From an uncultured bacterium (GTDB lineage: Bacteria; Eisenbacteria; RBG-16-71-46; CAZHEV01), in contig CAZHEV010000003.1 of the NCBI GenBank assembly GCA_964531335.1, positions 130,429-194,428 of the forward strand: 64,000 nucleotides of DNA, in the 5' to 3' direction. Of this stretch, positions 37,866 to 46,491 are shown piece by piece; positions within the stretch are counted from its first letter, which is position 1, and each line of letters opens with the position of its first letter. The position numbers were made by a program, and so were the translations under genes. The notes under the pieces are model-generated. The model searched no databases and was not told the origin of the DNA. It saw only the letters and a program-made list of their open reading frames with translations.

Positions 37866-40800
37866 CTACTCGCTCCTGGCCGGCACCATGACGCTCGAGG
37901 AGATCGTCGAGCGCGCCTGCCGGATGGGCCTTGGCGCGGTCGCGCTTACCGATATCAACAATCTCTACGGCGCGGTGAGGTTCCAGGAGCTGGCGCGGGC
38001 GCGAGGGCTCAAGGCGATCGTGGGCGCGGAGCTGCGCGCGAAATCGGAGGCGGCCACGCTGTTGGCCAGGGACGGGGAAGGCTACGCGAACCTCTGTCGT
38101 GCCCTGACGCGCCTTCACCTGGGACGGGATGCGGCGGCTGAGGCGGACGCCGCGGGCGAAGAGGCCCCGTTGGAGGGGCTTCTCGAGGGCGGCGCGGGTG
38201 GTCTTTACTGCATGGTGGAGGAGCCGGCTCTCGCCGAGCGGCTGTTGGGTCTTTTCCCGCGCGAGCGCCTGTGGCTCGAGCTTGCCGGCCCCGGCAGGGC
38301 GTCACGGGTCTGGGAGCGTAACGTTCGGGCGGCGCGCTCTATGGGAGTCGGCGTGGTGGCGACGGGGGAGGCGTGGTTCGGCGCCGCCGAGGACTGGGCG
38401 CTCCACAGGGCCCTGCGGGCCGTGGCCGGGAGGACCCTCGTCCAGCGGGCGGGCGCGGTGGAGGGAGTCGCTCATCCCAACGCCTACATGGCCACGCCGG
38501 CCCAGATGACCAGGCGGCTGGGACGGCTGTCCTGGGCTTTGGAGGAGTCGGCGCGCATCGCGCAGGACTGCGACGTGACGCTGGAGAGCGGGGGGCGCGT
38601 CTTTCCGGCCTGCGCGCTGGAGCCCGGCGAGACGGCGCGCTCCAGGCTCACGCGGATGTGCCGTGAGGGGCTCAGGACCCGCTACGGGCCGTCGCCGGGC
38701 CACCGGGTGCGCAGGAGGCTGGAGAGGGAGATCGAGGTAATAGACAATCTCGGCTTCTGCTCTTACTTCATAGTCGTGGGCGAGATCGTGGCCTGGGCCA
38801 GGGGGCGTGGGATAGCCGTGCTGGGCCGGGGCTCCGGAGCGAGCTCCCTTGTTGCGTACCTGCTCGGCATCACCGGAGTGGACCCGCTGCGCTACGGCCT
38901 GGTGTTCGAGCGGTTCATGAACTCGCGAAGGCCGGACTACCCGGATCTGGACGTGGACCTGTGCTGGCGGCGGCGTGACGAGGTAATAGATCACGTCTAT
39001 GAGAAATACGGAAACGACAGGGTAGCGATGATCTCCACTCATGTGACTTTTCAGAAGCGCTCGGCGGTGAGGGAGATGGCGAAGGTGTGGGGCCTCGCGC
39101 CTGATGATCTCCTGAAGACCTTGAGAGAATGGGAGCGGATGCGCGAAAGGGGGCACGGCGCTGCCCTGGAGGGCCGGGGCGGGCCGCTGTCAAGGGAGCC
39201 CCTCAGGACCGCCCTGGCCATGGCGCGCAGGGTGCAGGGCTTCCCGAGGCATATCGGGATTCATTGTGGGGGGCTCGTAATCGCGCCGGGGCCGCTGGCC
39301 GAGATGGCGCCGCTGGAGCGCGCGCCCAAGGGGGTCGTCGTCACGCAGTACGAGATGGACGCGGTGGAGAGAGTGGGCCTTGTGAAGATGGACCTGCTGG
39401 GGAACCGGGGCCTGACGATGGCGCAAGAGTGCATAGAGCTGGCGGCGTCGCGCGAAGGCCGCGCGGAAGGGGACGGCGCTCCGGGCGACGCGCGCGCCTG
39501 GCAGGGCGCGGGCCGGGCGGGCGGCGATCGTTCCCGCGGTGACGGGTCCGCGCCGGATGGCGGTTCGGGCCGGGCGGCGGCGGGCGCCGGCGTACGCGGC
39601 GTGCCCGCGAGCATGGAAGACATACCGGACGGCGACGCGAAGGCCGCGGAGCTCTTGCGTGCGGGCGATACGCTGGGTTGCTTCCAGATCGAATCCCCCG
39701 CCATGCGCCGGCTGCTGTCGATGATCGAGCCCGAGGGCTCGGACGAGGTGATCGCGGCGGTGGCGCTGGTGAGGCCGGGACCTTCGGGATCCGGTATGAA
39801 GGACGTATTCATAAGGCGGAAGCGCGGCCTCGACAGGACGAGATTCACGCACCCTTGCCTCGCTCCGGTGCTCAAGGATACCTACGGGGTGATGCTCTAT
39901 GAGGAGGACGTCCTCAAGGTTGCGGCGGTCGCGGCCGGGCTTCCCCTCGAGGACGGCGACGATCTGCGACGCGCGATGGTCGAGGCCGGCCGGGGCCGAG
40001 AGCTGTCCGAGGTCCGGCGGGGGTTCTTGGAGCGCGCCGCGCGCAGGGGGGTTGACGCAAAGGCGTCCAGGGCGTTGTGGGAGGATCTGTCCAGGTTCTC
40101 TTCATATGCCTTCTGCAAGGCGCACGCCGCGGGCTACGGGCTTCTGGCGTATCGTACTGCATATCTCAAGGCACACTACCCGGCCGAGTACGCCTCCGCC
40201 GTGCTGAACAACCATGCCGGAATGTACCCGACTAGGGTGCACCTCGAGGACGCCCGGCGCCGGGGGATCGGGATAATCGGGCCCTGCGTCAACTCGTCCG
40301 GCGCGGGGTTCACCGTCGAAGGAGGAGCGATCCGCGTGGGGCTCAACCGGATCAGGGGCCTCAGGGCCGCCGCCGTCGATGACATAATCACGGCCAGGAA
40401 GGAGGGCGGCGCCTTCAGGTCCTTTTCGGACCTCCTGGCCCGTGCGGCACTGTCGTCGCCGGAGGCCGAGGCGCTGGCGCTGGCCGGCGCGCTGGACTTC
40501 ACCGGAGCGGCGCGACCGGCCCTTCTTCTGGAGGCGCTCGCGTGGTCGAAGGGCAGGGGGGGCCGGCACGCGGCGGGGCGGCCGCTTCTGCCCGATCTCG
40601 GACTGACCGCGCCCGTTCCGGGGATGCGCGAGTTCGACCCCGGGCTGCGCGCGGAGATGGAGGCACGGCAGCTCGGGCTCACGCCGAGTCGCCATCCGGT
40701 CGAGGACCGGCCGGCTCCGGCGGGTTCCGGCGCACGCGGCGCCGGGCAGCGCTTGACGACGTGCGCGGGGCTGAAGGCGCGGGTGGGCCGGCGTGCCGCG

Positions 40801-41091
40801 ATCGTGGGCGTGGTGTCGGCCCGCAGGCGCATTCGGACCGAGGGCGGGGAGGCTATGCTATTTCTCACAATAGAGGACGCGACCGGGCTCGTGGAGGTGG
40901 TGGTGTTCCCCCACGCGTACAGGCGGGTGCGGGTCGATCTCGACGGCAGGGGGCCTCTGTGTGTGACCGGAAAGGTGGAGGACCACTACGGGGCGCTGAC
41001 ACTGGTGGCGGACGCTGTCGTAGCGGCGGGCCGGATGGAGGACCGCGACTCGGCTACGCGCGGATCCTGTGCGCCGTGGGGAGGAGGCTGA
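37828..41091 (+). CDS. dnaE2: Error-prone DNA polymerase III alpha-family (DnaE2 / ImuC)
   Basis: 1087 aa with a PHP domain N-terminus (MDISYAPLRLRSNYSLLAGTMTLEEIVERA), LVKMDLLGNRGLT and GDTLGCFQIES polymerase motifs. Size and SOS context are typical of DnaE2 rather than replicative DnaE. Confidence 0.75.
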   Translation: MDISYAPLRLRSNYSLLAGTMTLEEIVERACRMGLGAVALTDINNLYGAVRFQELARARGLKAIVGAELRAKSEAATLLARDGEGYANLCRALTRLHLGRDAAAEADAAGEEAPLEGLLEGGAGGLYCMVEEPALAERLLGLFPRERLWLELAGPGRASRVWERNVRAARSMGVGVVATGEAWFGAAEDWALHRALRAVAGRTLVQRAGAVEGVAHPNAYMATPAQMTRRLGRLSWALEESARIAQDCDVTLESGGRVFPACALEPGETARSRLTRMCREGLRTRYGPSPGHRVRRRLEREIEVIDNLGFCSYFIVVGEIVAWARGRGIAVLGRGSGASSLVAYLLGITGVDPLRYGLVFERFMNSRRPDYPDLDVDLCWRRRDEVIDHVYEKYGNDRVAMISTHVTFQKRSAVREMAKVWGLAPDDLLKTLREWERMRERGHGAALEGRGGPLSREPLRTALAMARRVQGFPRHIGIHCGGLVIAPGPLAEMAPLERAPKGVVVTQYEMDAVERVGLVKMDLLGNRGLTMAQECIELAASREGRAEGDGAPGDARAWQGAGRAGGDRSRGDGSAPDGGSGRAAAGAGVRGVPASMEDIPDGDAKAAELLRAGDTLGCFQIESPAMRRLLSMIEPEGSDEVIAAVALVRPGPSGSGMKDVFIRRKRGLDRTRFTHPCLAPVLKDTYGVMLYEEDVLKVAAVAAGLPLEDGDDLRRAMVEAGRGRELSEVRRGFLERAARRGVDAKASRALWEDLSRFSSYAFCKAHAAGYGLLAYRTAYLKAHYPAEYASAVLNNHAGMYPTRVHLEDARRRGIGIIGPCVNSSGAGFTVEGGAIRVGLNRIRGLRAAAVDDIITARKEGGAFRSFSDLLARAALSSPEAEALALAGALDFTGAARPALLLEALAWSKGRGGRHAAGRPLLPDLGLTAPVPGMREFDPGLRAEMEARQLGLTPSRHPVEDRPAPAGSGARGAGQRLTTCAGLKARVGRRAAIVGVVSARRRIRTEGGEAMLFLTIEDATGLVEVVVFPHAYRRVRVDLDGRGPLCVTGKVEDHYGALTLVADAVVAAGRMEDRDSATRGSCAPWGGG

Positions 41092-41124
41092 GCGGCGTAG
41101 GGCGGGCCGGTCGGCCCTCGCGCT

Positions 41125-42480
41125 CTAGACTATTCTGCCGCTCACGGACATCTCCGAGATCTTGACCGTGGGACTGTTCACGGGGCCGCGAAACTTCAGG
41201 TCGTCTCCGATCATCTCGACGCCGGACAGCATATCGAGGCTGTTGGAAGCCATCGTGAGCTCGTGTACGGGGGCCCCCAGGGCCCCGTCGGAAATCCACA
41301 CGCCCGCCGCCTCGTAGGAGTAGTCCCCCGTGTTGCCGTTGAATCCGAAGGCGCCGGTGTTCATCACGTACAAGCCGTTCGATATGCCGGCTATTATCTG
41401 TTCGGGAGTGGTCCCGCCCGGCTCCAGGTACAGATTGTGGTATCCTATACCGGGAGGGGAATCGTAGCCCCGAGACGCGTTGCCCGTGGAGCGGACTCCG
41501 GCGCGGCGGGCGGAGTAGGTGTTGTAGACGAACCTCTTGCAGACCCCCGTGTCTATGAGGTTGGCCCTGCCGGTTGGAACGCCCTCGGCATCGAAGGGCG
41601 AAGTGCCGGCGCCCTCGGGCAAGAGCCCGTCGTCCACCAGATTGACCAGGGGTGAGCCTATGGTCTGGTCCAACTTGTCGCTGAGGAAGCTCGTGTTCTT
41701 CAGGACCTCCTCCCCGTCCAGGCAGTAGAACAGGCTGGCTATCCAGTCCGAGGCCACGTCAGGGCTGAGGACCACAGGCACGCGCTGCGTTCTCACGCTC
41801 TTCGCGCCGAGAAGCGATACGGCCCTTCGCGCGGCTTCTCGCCCCACGTCCTCGGCGCTTTCGGTCTTTGACTTGGCCCGCGCCGAGGAGAAGTAAGCGC
41901 CGGATTGCATCTGGCCGCCCGAGTCGGAGGCGACCAGCGCCGCCACCAGCACGCACCCCGTCGAACGAAAGCCGACCGAGCGGCCCTCCGAATCCGCAAG
42001 CACTACGAGGTCCTCCCCGACCGAGTAGCGGCAGGCGTCGGTGCTTCTTATCCTCTTGTCCATCGAATAGGCGGCCTTCTCCATCGCGAGCGCCTGGGAG
42101 ATAGCCTCCTCGGGAGAGGTTCCGGCCGTAGAAGGATCGTACAGGCCCATCTCATCCGGCGCGAAGGAGAGCCCGACTTCCTCGGGAAGGCCGTTCGCCT
42201 CGTCAGGCGTGCCACTTGCCGCGAGGAAAGCCGCCTTCTCCGCGAGAACCTTCAGCGACTCCGCCCTGAAGTCGGAGCTGAATGCGAAACCCTGCCTGGA
42301 CCCTTTGATGACCCTCAATCCCAGGCCCACGGGATTGGCCTGTAACAGATTTTCGACCTTTCCCGCGTTCACGGAGGCGGTCAACCTTCGCGATGCGGTC
42401 AGAAACACCTCGGCCTGATCGCATCCGGCTCGCTTGGCCTCATTCGCGCACTTTGCGGCCAACTCGGTGTATTCTTTCAT
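41125..42480 (-). CDS. pmbA: PmbA/TldE-family metalloprotease
   Basis: About 450 aa with PmbA_TldD-family C-terminal region (HELTMASNSLDMLSGV). GGGAGG RBS; ATGA overlap with tldD. Confidence 0.75.
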   Translation of the reverse strand: MKEYTELAAKCANEAKRAGCDQAEVFLTASRRLTASVNAGKVENLLQANPVGLGLRVIKGSRQGFAFSSDFRAESLKVLAEKAAFLAASGTPDEANGLPEEVGLSFAPDEMGLYDPSTAGTSPEEAISQALAMEKAAYSMDKRIRSTDACRYSVGEDLVVLADSEGRSVGFRSTGCVLVAALVASDSGGQMQSGAYFSSARAKSKTESAEDVGREAARRAVSLLGAKSVRTQRVPVVLSPDVASDWIASLFYCLDGEEVLKNTSFLSDKLDQTIGSPLVNLVDDGLLPEGAGTSPFDAEGVPTGRANLIDTGVCKRFVYNTYSARRAGVRSTGNASRGYDSPPGIGYHNLYLEPGGTTPEQIIAGISNGLYVMNTGAFGFNGNTGDYSYEAAGVWISDGALGAPVHELTMASNSLDMLSGVEMIGDDLKFRGPVNSPTVKISEMSVSGRIV

Positions 42481-43898
42481 CCCGTGCCTCCCACGGTAAG
42501 CTCGCTGAACTTGACCGTAGGCTGGCCGACGCCTACGGCTTTCGACTGGCCGCTCTTCCCACAGGTTCCCGTCATGCCGTTTATCTCCAGGTCGTTTCCG
42601 ACCATGACTATCCGCATCATCGCGTCCAGACCGTTGCCGGTCAAGGTAACGCCCTTGACCGGGGAGGTTACCCTGCCGTCCTCGATGAGGTAGGCGAGGG
42701 TGACTCTGAAGCTGAAATTGCCGCTCGCCGGATTGACGGAGCCCCCGGCGAGTTTCTTGCAAAGAAGCCCGCGCTTTGTGGACCTTATGATCTCTTCGGG
42801 AGTGTGGGCGCCCGCGTCGATGTAGGTATTGGTCATCCGCGGCATCGGGTAGTGGCGGTAGGATTGCCTTCTGCCGTTGCCGGTGGTCTCGGCTCCCATC
42901 AACTTGGCGTTTAGCCTGTCGTAGAGATAACCGGTCAATACGCCGCGCTCGACCAACACGTTCTTTCCGGCGGGAACACCCTCGTCGTCCACTCCGAATG
43001 ACCCGCGGCTGTACGGGATCAGGCCGGAATCGACTATGGTGACCGTGTCGGCCGCCACCGCGGAGCCCATCTGGGAGGCTCTCAGCGAGGTGCCTTTTCT
43101 AACCGCGTCGGCCTCGAGGCTGTGGCCGAAGCACTCGTGCACGAGAACGCCGCCCCAGCCCGGACCTATCACAACCGGGTAGAAACCGGCCTTGGCCTCA
43201 GCCGCCGAGAGCAGCTCGATCGCTTCGCCCGCCGCCTCCCGGCCCAACGACTCCGGGCTGACCTCGTCGAAGTACTCCTCATCGACGCTTCCACCGGCGT
43301 CCCTATGCGATCCTTGTCGCTCCGTTCCTTCGACGGCGACCGGGGCCACCCTGAGGCGGGACACGAACTGGCTTTCCTCGGCAAGGAGACCTTCGCTGTT
43401 GGCGACGAGAAACGTCTTCGCGCCGTCGCCGTAACTCACGGATACCTGATGGATCCTCTTGTCGTAGTCGCGTGCCGCACGATCGGCCCTGAACAGCCTG
43501 TCGATCTTCTTCTGTTCGGTGGAGGCGATAGGCGCGGGGCTTCGCAATACAAACGGCGGCTCGACCGAGAGCTTGGCGACGGGCACGGCGGCGGTGGACC
43601 CACCGTTTTCGACTATGCCGGCCGCCACGGAAGCGACCTCCTTCAACGCTTGGATGTCGAAATGGTCGGCGTAAGCGTAACCTGTCCTGTCTCCGTCTAT
43701 CACCCTGATGCCCGCTCCCTGCCTTATGCCGTACAAGAGATGCTTGAGTTTGCCCTCGTCCAACTCGAACGCGGAATCCACGATGTACTCGGCGTACACC
43801 TCCGCGAAGTCGCCGCCTTTCGACAGGGCGATCCCGAGCAACTTGTCCAGGTCTCCGCGGTCGAGGAACCCGCTGAGAGAGGGCAGAATGCTGTCCAT
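42477..43898 (-). CDS. tldD: TldD metalloprotease
   Basis: 473 aa including the HExxxH-like ECFGHSLEAD motif characteristic of TldD. Translationally coupled to pmbA. Confidence 0.8.
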   Translation of the reverse strand: MDSILPSLSGFLDRGDLDKLLGIALSKGGDFAEVYAEYIVDSAFELDEGKLKHLLYGIRQGAGIRVIDGDRTGYAYADHFDIQALKEVASVAAGIVENGGSTAAVPVAKLSVEPPFVLRSPAPIASTEQKKIDRLFRADRAARDYDKRIHQVSVSYGDGAKTFLVANSEGLLAEESQFVSRLRVAPVAVEGTERQGSHRDAGGSVDEEYFDEVSPESLGREAAGEAIELLSAAEAKAGFYPVVIGPGWGGVLVHECFGHSLEADAVRKGTSLRASQMGSAVAADTVTIVDSGLIPYSRGSFGVDDEGVPAGKNVLVERGVLTGYLYDRLNAKLMGAETTGNGRRQSYRHYPMPRMTNTYIDAGAHTPEEIIRSTKRGLLCKKLAGGSVNPASGNFSFRVTLAYLIEDGRVTSPVKGVTLTGNGLDAMMRIVMVGNDLEINGMTGTCGKSGQSKAVGVGQPTVKFSELTVGGTG

Positions 43899-44273
43899 TA
43901 TGAGCCTCCGCTGGTGACGGCGAACGACCTCCGCTGTACAAGCCCGAGGATGATGCTCCCTGAAAACCGCTATGGGCCCGGCGCCGGATCCGGATCGTAC
44001 CGCAAGGGCCCAACAAGGGCGTGCCGGCCCGCCGGGAAGCGATCGCGGACGGGCGGCGTGTATCTCCTACACGGTGCATGTTAGGGCATTCAACTTGGCG
44101 GTTCAAAGTGAAAAACGGTCCGAGGGTGATATTGACCAAGAGGTTTGCGTATGCTACTTTGCTTTTACCGTACACCGGTGCGCTGATCGTGAGTGGCATA
44201 CCCTTCGCGCCGGCCCGTCTCAGAACGATCGCTGATCAAACCACCAGCTCCCCGGCTTAAAGGAGCCCTGAAG

Positions 44274-45554
44274 ATGAATGTGGTGCTCTTCGAAGACGAC
44301 TCGCACAGGACGCTCGCTCCGCTTACATACGCTCGCCCTGTCTTCTACATGAGAAACGGGGCCTACACGGCCGACGAGAGGGTCCGCGCCCTCTATCCGG
44401 ACAGCGAGATACGGTACCTGTGCAGGCAGTACCTGGCGCCCAGCGTAAAGAAGATCTCCGGGGGCGCCCAGGTGAACACGGCGCCGGATCAGGGCTGCCT
44501 GTTCCTGAACGGCGCCGCGCTCGCCGGAGGGAGCGACCTCGCGCGCCTTGTGGAGGACCTGCCCGACGGGTCGGCCCTGATATCGGATCGCAGGCTCCTG
44601 GCCGCCAAGGTCGGTCGGTCCGGGGCGTTCGAGCTGTTCGGTTATCTCCAGGTGCTCCTGACCAGGAGCGCGGGAGAGCAGGGCGGCACCGCGCCGGTCG
44701 CCGAGTCCCTGCGGAAGCTGGGCATCGCGACGGAAGAGGCGGGAGCATCGCTCGCCCGCTTCGTGTGGGATATCATAGGCGCCGCGGAGGAGATGCTGGC
44801 GAAGGACTGGGCTCTCTTCAAGTCGTCCGCTTCTTCACTGGACGCTTCGGTCAGCGGCGGAGCGTCCCTGATCTCGAGAGACTCGGTGCATATAGGCGCC
44901 GGCGTCCGCGTGGAGACCGGAGCCGTCATCGACGCGAGCGAGGGGCCGGTCATCCTGGACCATGAGTCCAAGGTCATGGCGAACACGGTGATATACGGGC
45001 CTTGCTACGTGGGCAGGAAGACTTTGATAAAGGCCGGGGCGAAGATATACGGGCCCTGCTCTCTGGGCCCGGTGTGCAAGCTGGGCGGCGAGATAGCCGA
45101 GACGATAGTGCAAGGCTACAGCAACAAGCAACACGACGGGTTTCTCGGGCACGCGTATCTGGGGGAGTGGGTGAACATGGGCGCCGGCACCGAGGTGAGC
45201 GACCTGAAGAACAATTACGGTCCGGTGAAGGTATGGGTCGACGGCGTAATGGTGGATTCGGGGGAAGTCTTCGTGGGGCCCACGATAGGAGATCATACCA
45301 AGACGGGGATAAACAGCATGCTAAACTCGGGATGCGTGATCGGATTCTGCAGCAACGTGTTCGGCTCCGGCTATCTGCCGAAGTTCATCCCGAGCTTCTC
45401 CTGGGGCGGTGGGGACGGCCTCTCGGAGTACGATCCGGCCAAGGCCATGGAAACCGCCAGGGTGGCCATGTCGCGCAGGGGGGTGGAGCTGGACGAGGCG
45501 GGCGAAGCGCTCTTCAGGGAAATATACGACATCACAAGACCGGAGCGCGATTAA
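44274..45554 (+). CDS. Putative sugar-nucleotidyltransferase-like protein with C-terminal left-handed beta-helix (hexapeptide repeats)
   Basis: N-terminal MNVVLFEDDSHRTLAPLTYARPVF lacks the canonical GxGTRL loop. The C-terminal half has repeated [LIV]G hexapeptide pattern (IGAGVRVETGAVI...KIYGPCSLG). AAAGGAG RBS before ATG 44274. Confidence 0.45.
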   Translation: MNVVLFEDDSHRTLAPLTYARPVFYMRNGAYTADERVRALYPDSEIRYLCRQYLAPSVKKISGGAQVNTAPDQGCLFLNGAALAGGSDLARLVEDLPDGSALISDRRLLAAKVGRSGAFELFGYLQVLLTRSAGEQGGTAPVAESLRKLGIATEEAGASLARFVWDIIGAAEEMLAKDWALFKSSASSLDASVSGGASLISRDSVHIGAGVRVETGAVIDASEGPVILDHESKVMANTVIYGPCYVGRKTLIKAGAKIYGPCSLGPVCKLGGEIAETIVQGYSNKQHDGFLGHAYLGEWVNMGAGTEVSDLKNNYGPVKVWVDGVMVDSGEVFVGPTIGDHTKTGINSMLNSGCVIGFCSNVFGSGYLPKFIPSFSWGGGDGLSEYDPAKAMETARVAMSRRGVELDEAGEALFREIYDITRPERD

Positions 45555-45587
45555 GCGCGCTCCTATGAGATCTCAGGCGGCGTTGCA

Positions 45588-45620
45588 AGGCGAAGGCGCG
45601 GACGTTCCCATACGCCCGCG
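45588..45620 (+). terminator. Candidate terminator after the nucleotidyltransferase-like gene
   Basis: GGCGCGG-N14-CCGCGCC stem followed by TTCAGTTTTACT. Confidence 0.3.
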
Positions 45621-45676
45621 CCTTCAGTTTTACTCCGGACATCGCGTTAGCCGGCCCCCGGCCGGCTTCAGACGCC

Positions 45677-45892
45677 TCAAGAGCCTCCGAATCCTATGGT
45701 GACCTTCTCGCCTTCGACTATGACCGGGACCTGCCGGCTGTTGTTGCTGTACGAGAGCATCTTGTTCATGCCCTCAGAGTCCTTGGTCACGTCTATGTAC
45801 GTGAATGGCGTCTTGTTCTTCTCCAGATGCCGCCTGGCATCGGTGGTGTAAGGTCAAGTGTCCTTTCCGAATACCAAGACATTGTCGGGCAT
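45677..45892 (-). CDS. Candidate selenoprotein: glutaredoxin-like (YruB/NrdH-like) thioredoxin-fold protein with in-frame UGA (UPYT in place of CPYC)
   Basis: GGGGAGG RBS 6 nt before ATG (45892); in-frame TGA at 45854-45856; the same frame continues 58 codons to TGA 45677-45679. Translation: MPDNVLVFGKDT-U-PYTTDARRHLEKNKTPFTYIDVTKDSEGMNKMLSYSNNSRQVPVIVEGEKVTIGFGGS. Hairpin GAUGCC-AGGC-GGCAUC starts 12 nt after the UGA. Confidence 0.55.
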
Positions 45893-46042
45893 CTCACACC
45901 TCCCCTGGTTCTCCCACCGGGCCGCTTCCTCGGTTTCCCCGCCAAGATTAACCGCGTGGGGACGTCGAGTCAACCGCCGATGCGCCCGGGACGGCGCGGC
46001 GTCGTCTTGACCGCCCGGCCGCCCGGCTGCTAGCCTCCGTTC

Positions 46043-46483
46043 ATGGTCTCGGTCAAAGTCATCGCCGTGCCCGATCCTCCGGCCGGGCGAGCCTCTTACG
46101 TGCACTATCCGCTTTGGTTCGTGTGCGTCAAGATATCCTGGAAGAGATTCCTTCTCTCCGACAAAGTCGCCCGCGCGTGGTTCTGTGTGGACGGGGCGAG
46201 GGGCGCCGCTTGCAGAGTGGACGGGCTTCCCGAGAACGTCCCCCGCACCCTCGCGGAAGATACGCTCTACCCGCTGGGCGTGGACCGGGAGGCCGCCTTG
46301 AGAGGGGCTATTTCATCCGCTCGATCGTGGGCCAGGGCGAAGCTCTTCTGCTGGTGGCCGCCGTTTCTCGAGGTCGAGGAGACGGCGCTCGTCTACAAGC
46401 CCTACGTCATCGAGGGCGAGAGAGGAGAGTTCGTGAAGGACCTGCTCACGGGGGAGAGGCTGAAGCTGGACAGGCGCGGATAG
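46043..46483 (+). CDS. Hypothetical protein
   Basis: 146-aa ORF in an otherwise uncovered gap. The C-terminal half (VYKPYVIEGERGEFVKDLLTGERLKL) looks protein-like, but there is no RBS and the start is ambiguous. Confidence 0.25.
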   Translation: MVSVKVIAVPDPPAGRASYVHYPLWFVCVKISWKRFLLSDKVARAWFCVDGARGAACRVDGLPENVPRTLAEDTLYPLGVDREAALRGAISSARSWARAKLFCWWPPFLEVEETALVYKPYVIEGERGEFVKDLLTGERLKLDRRG

Positions 46484-46491
46484 GGGGAGTT

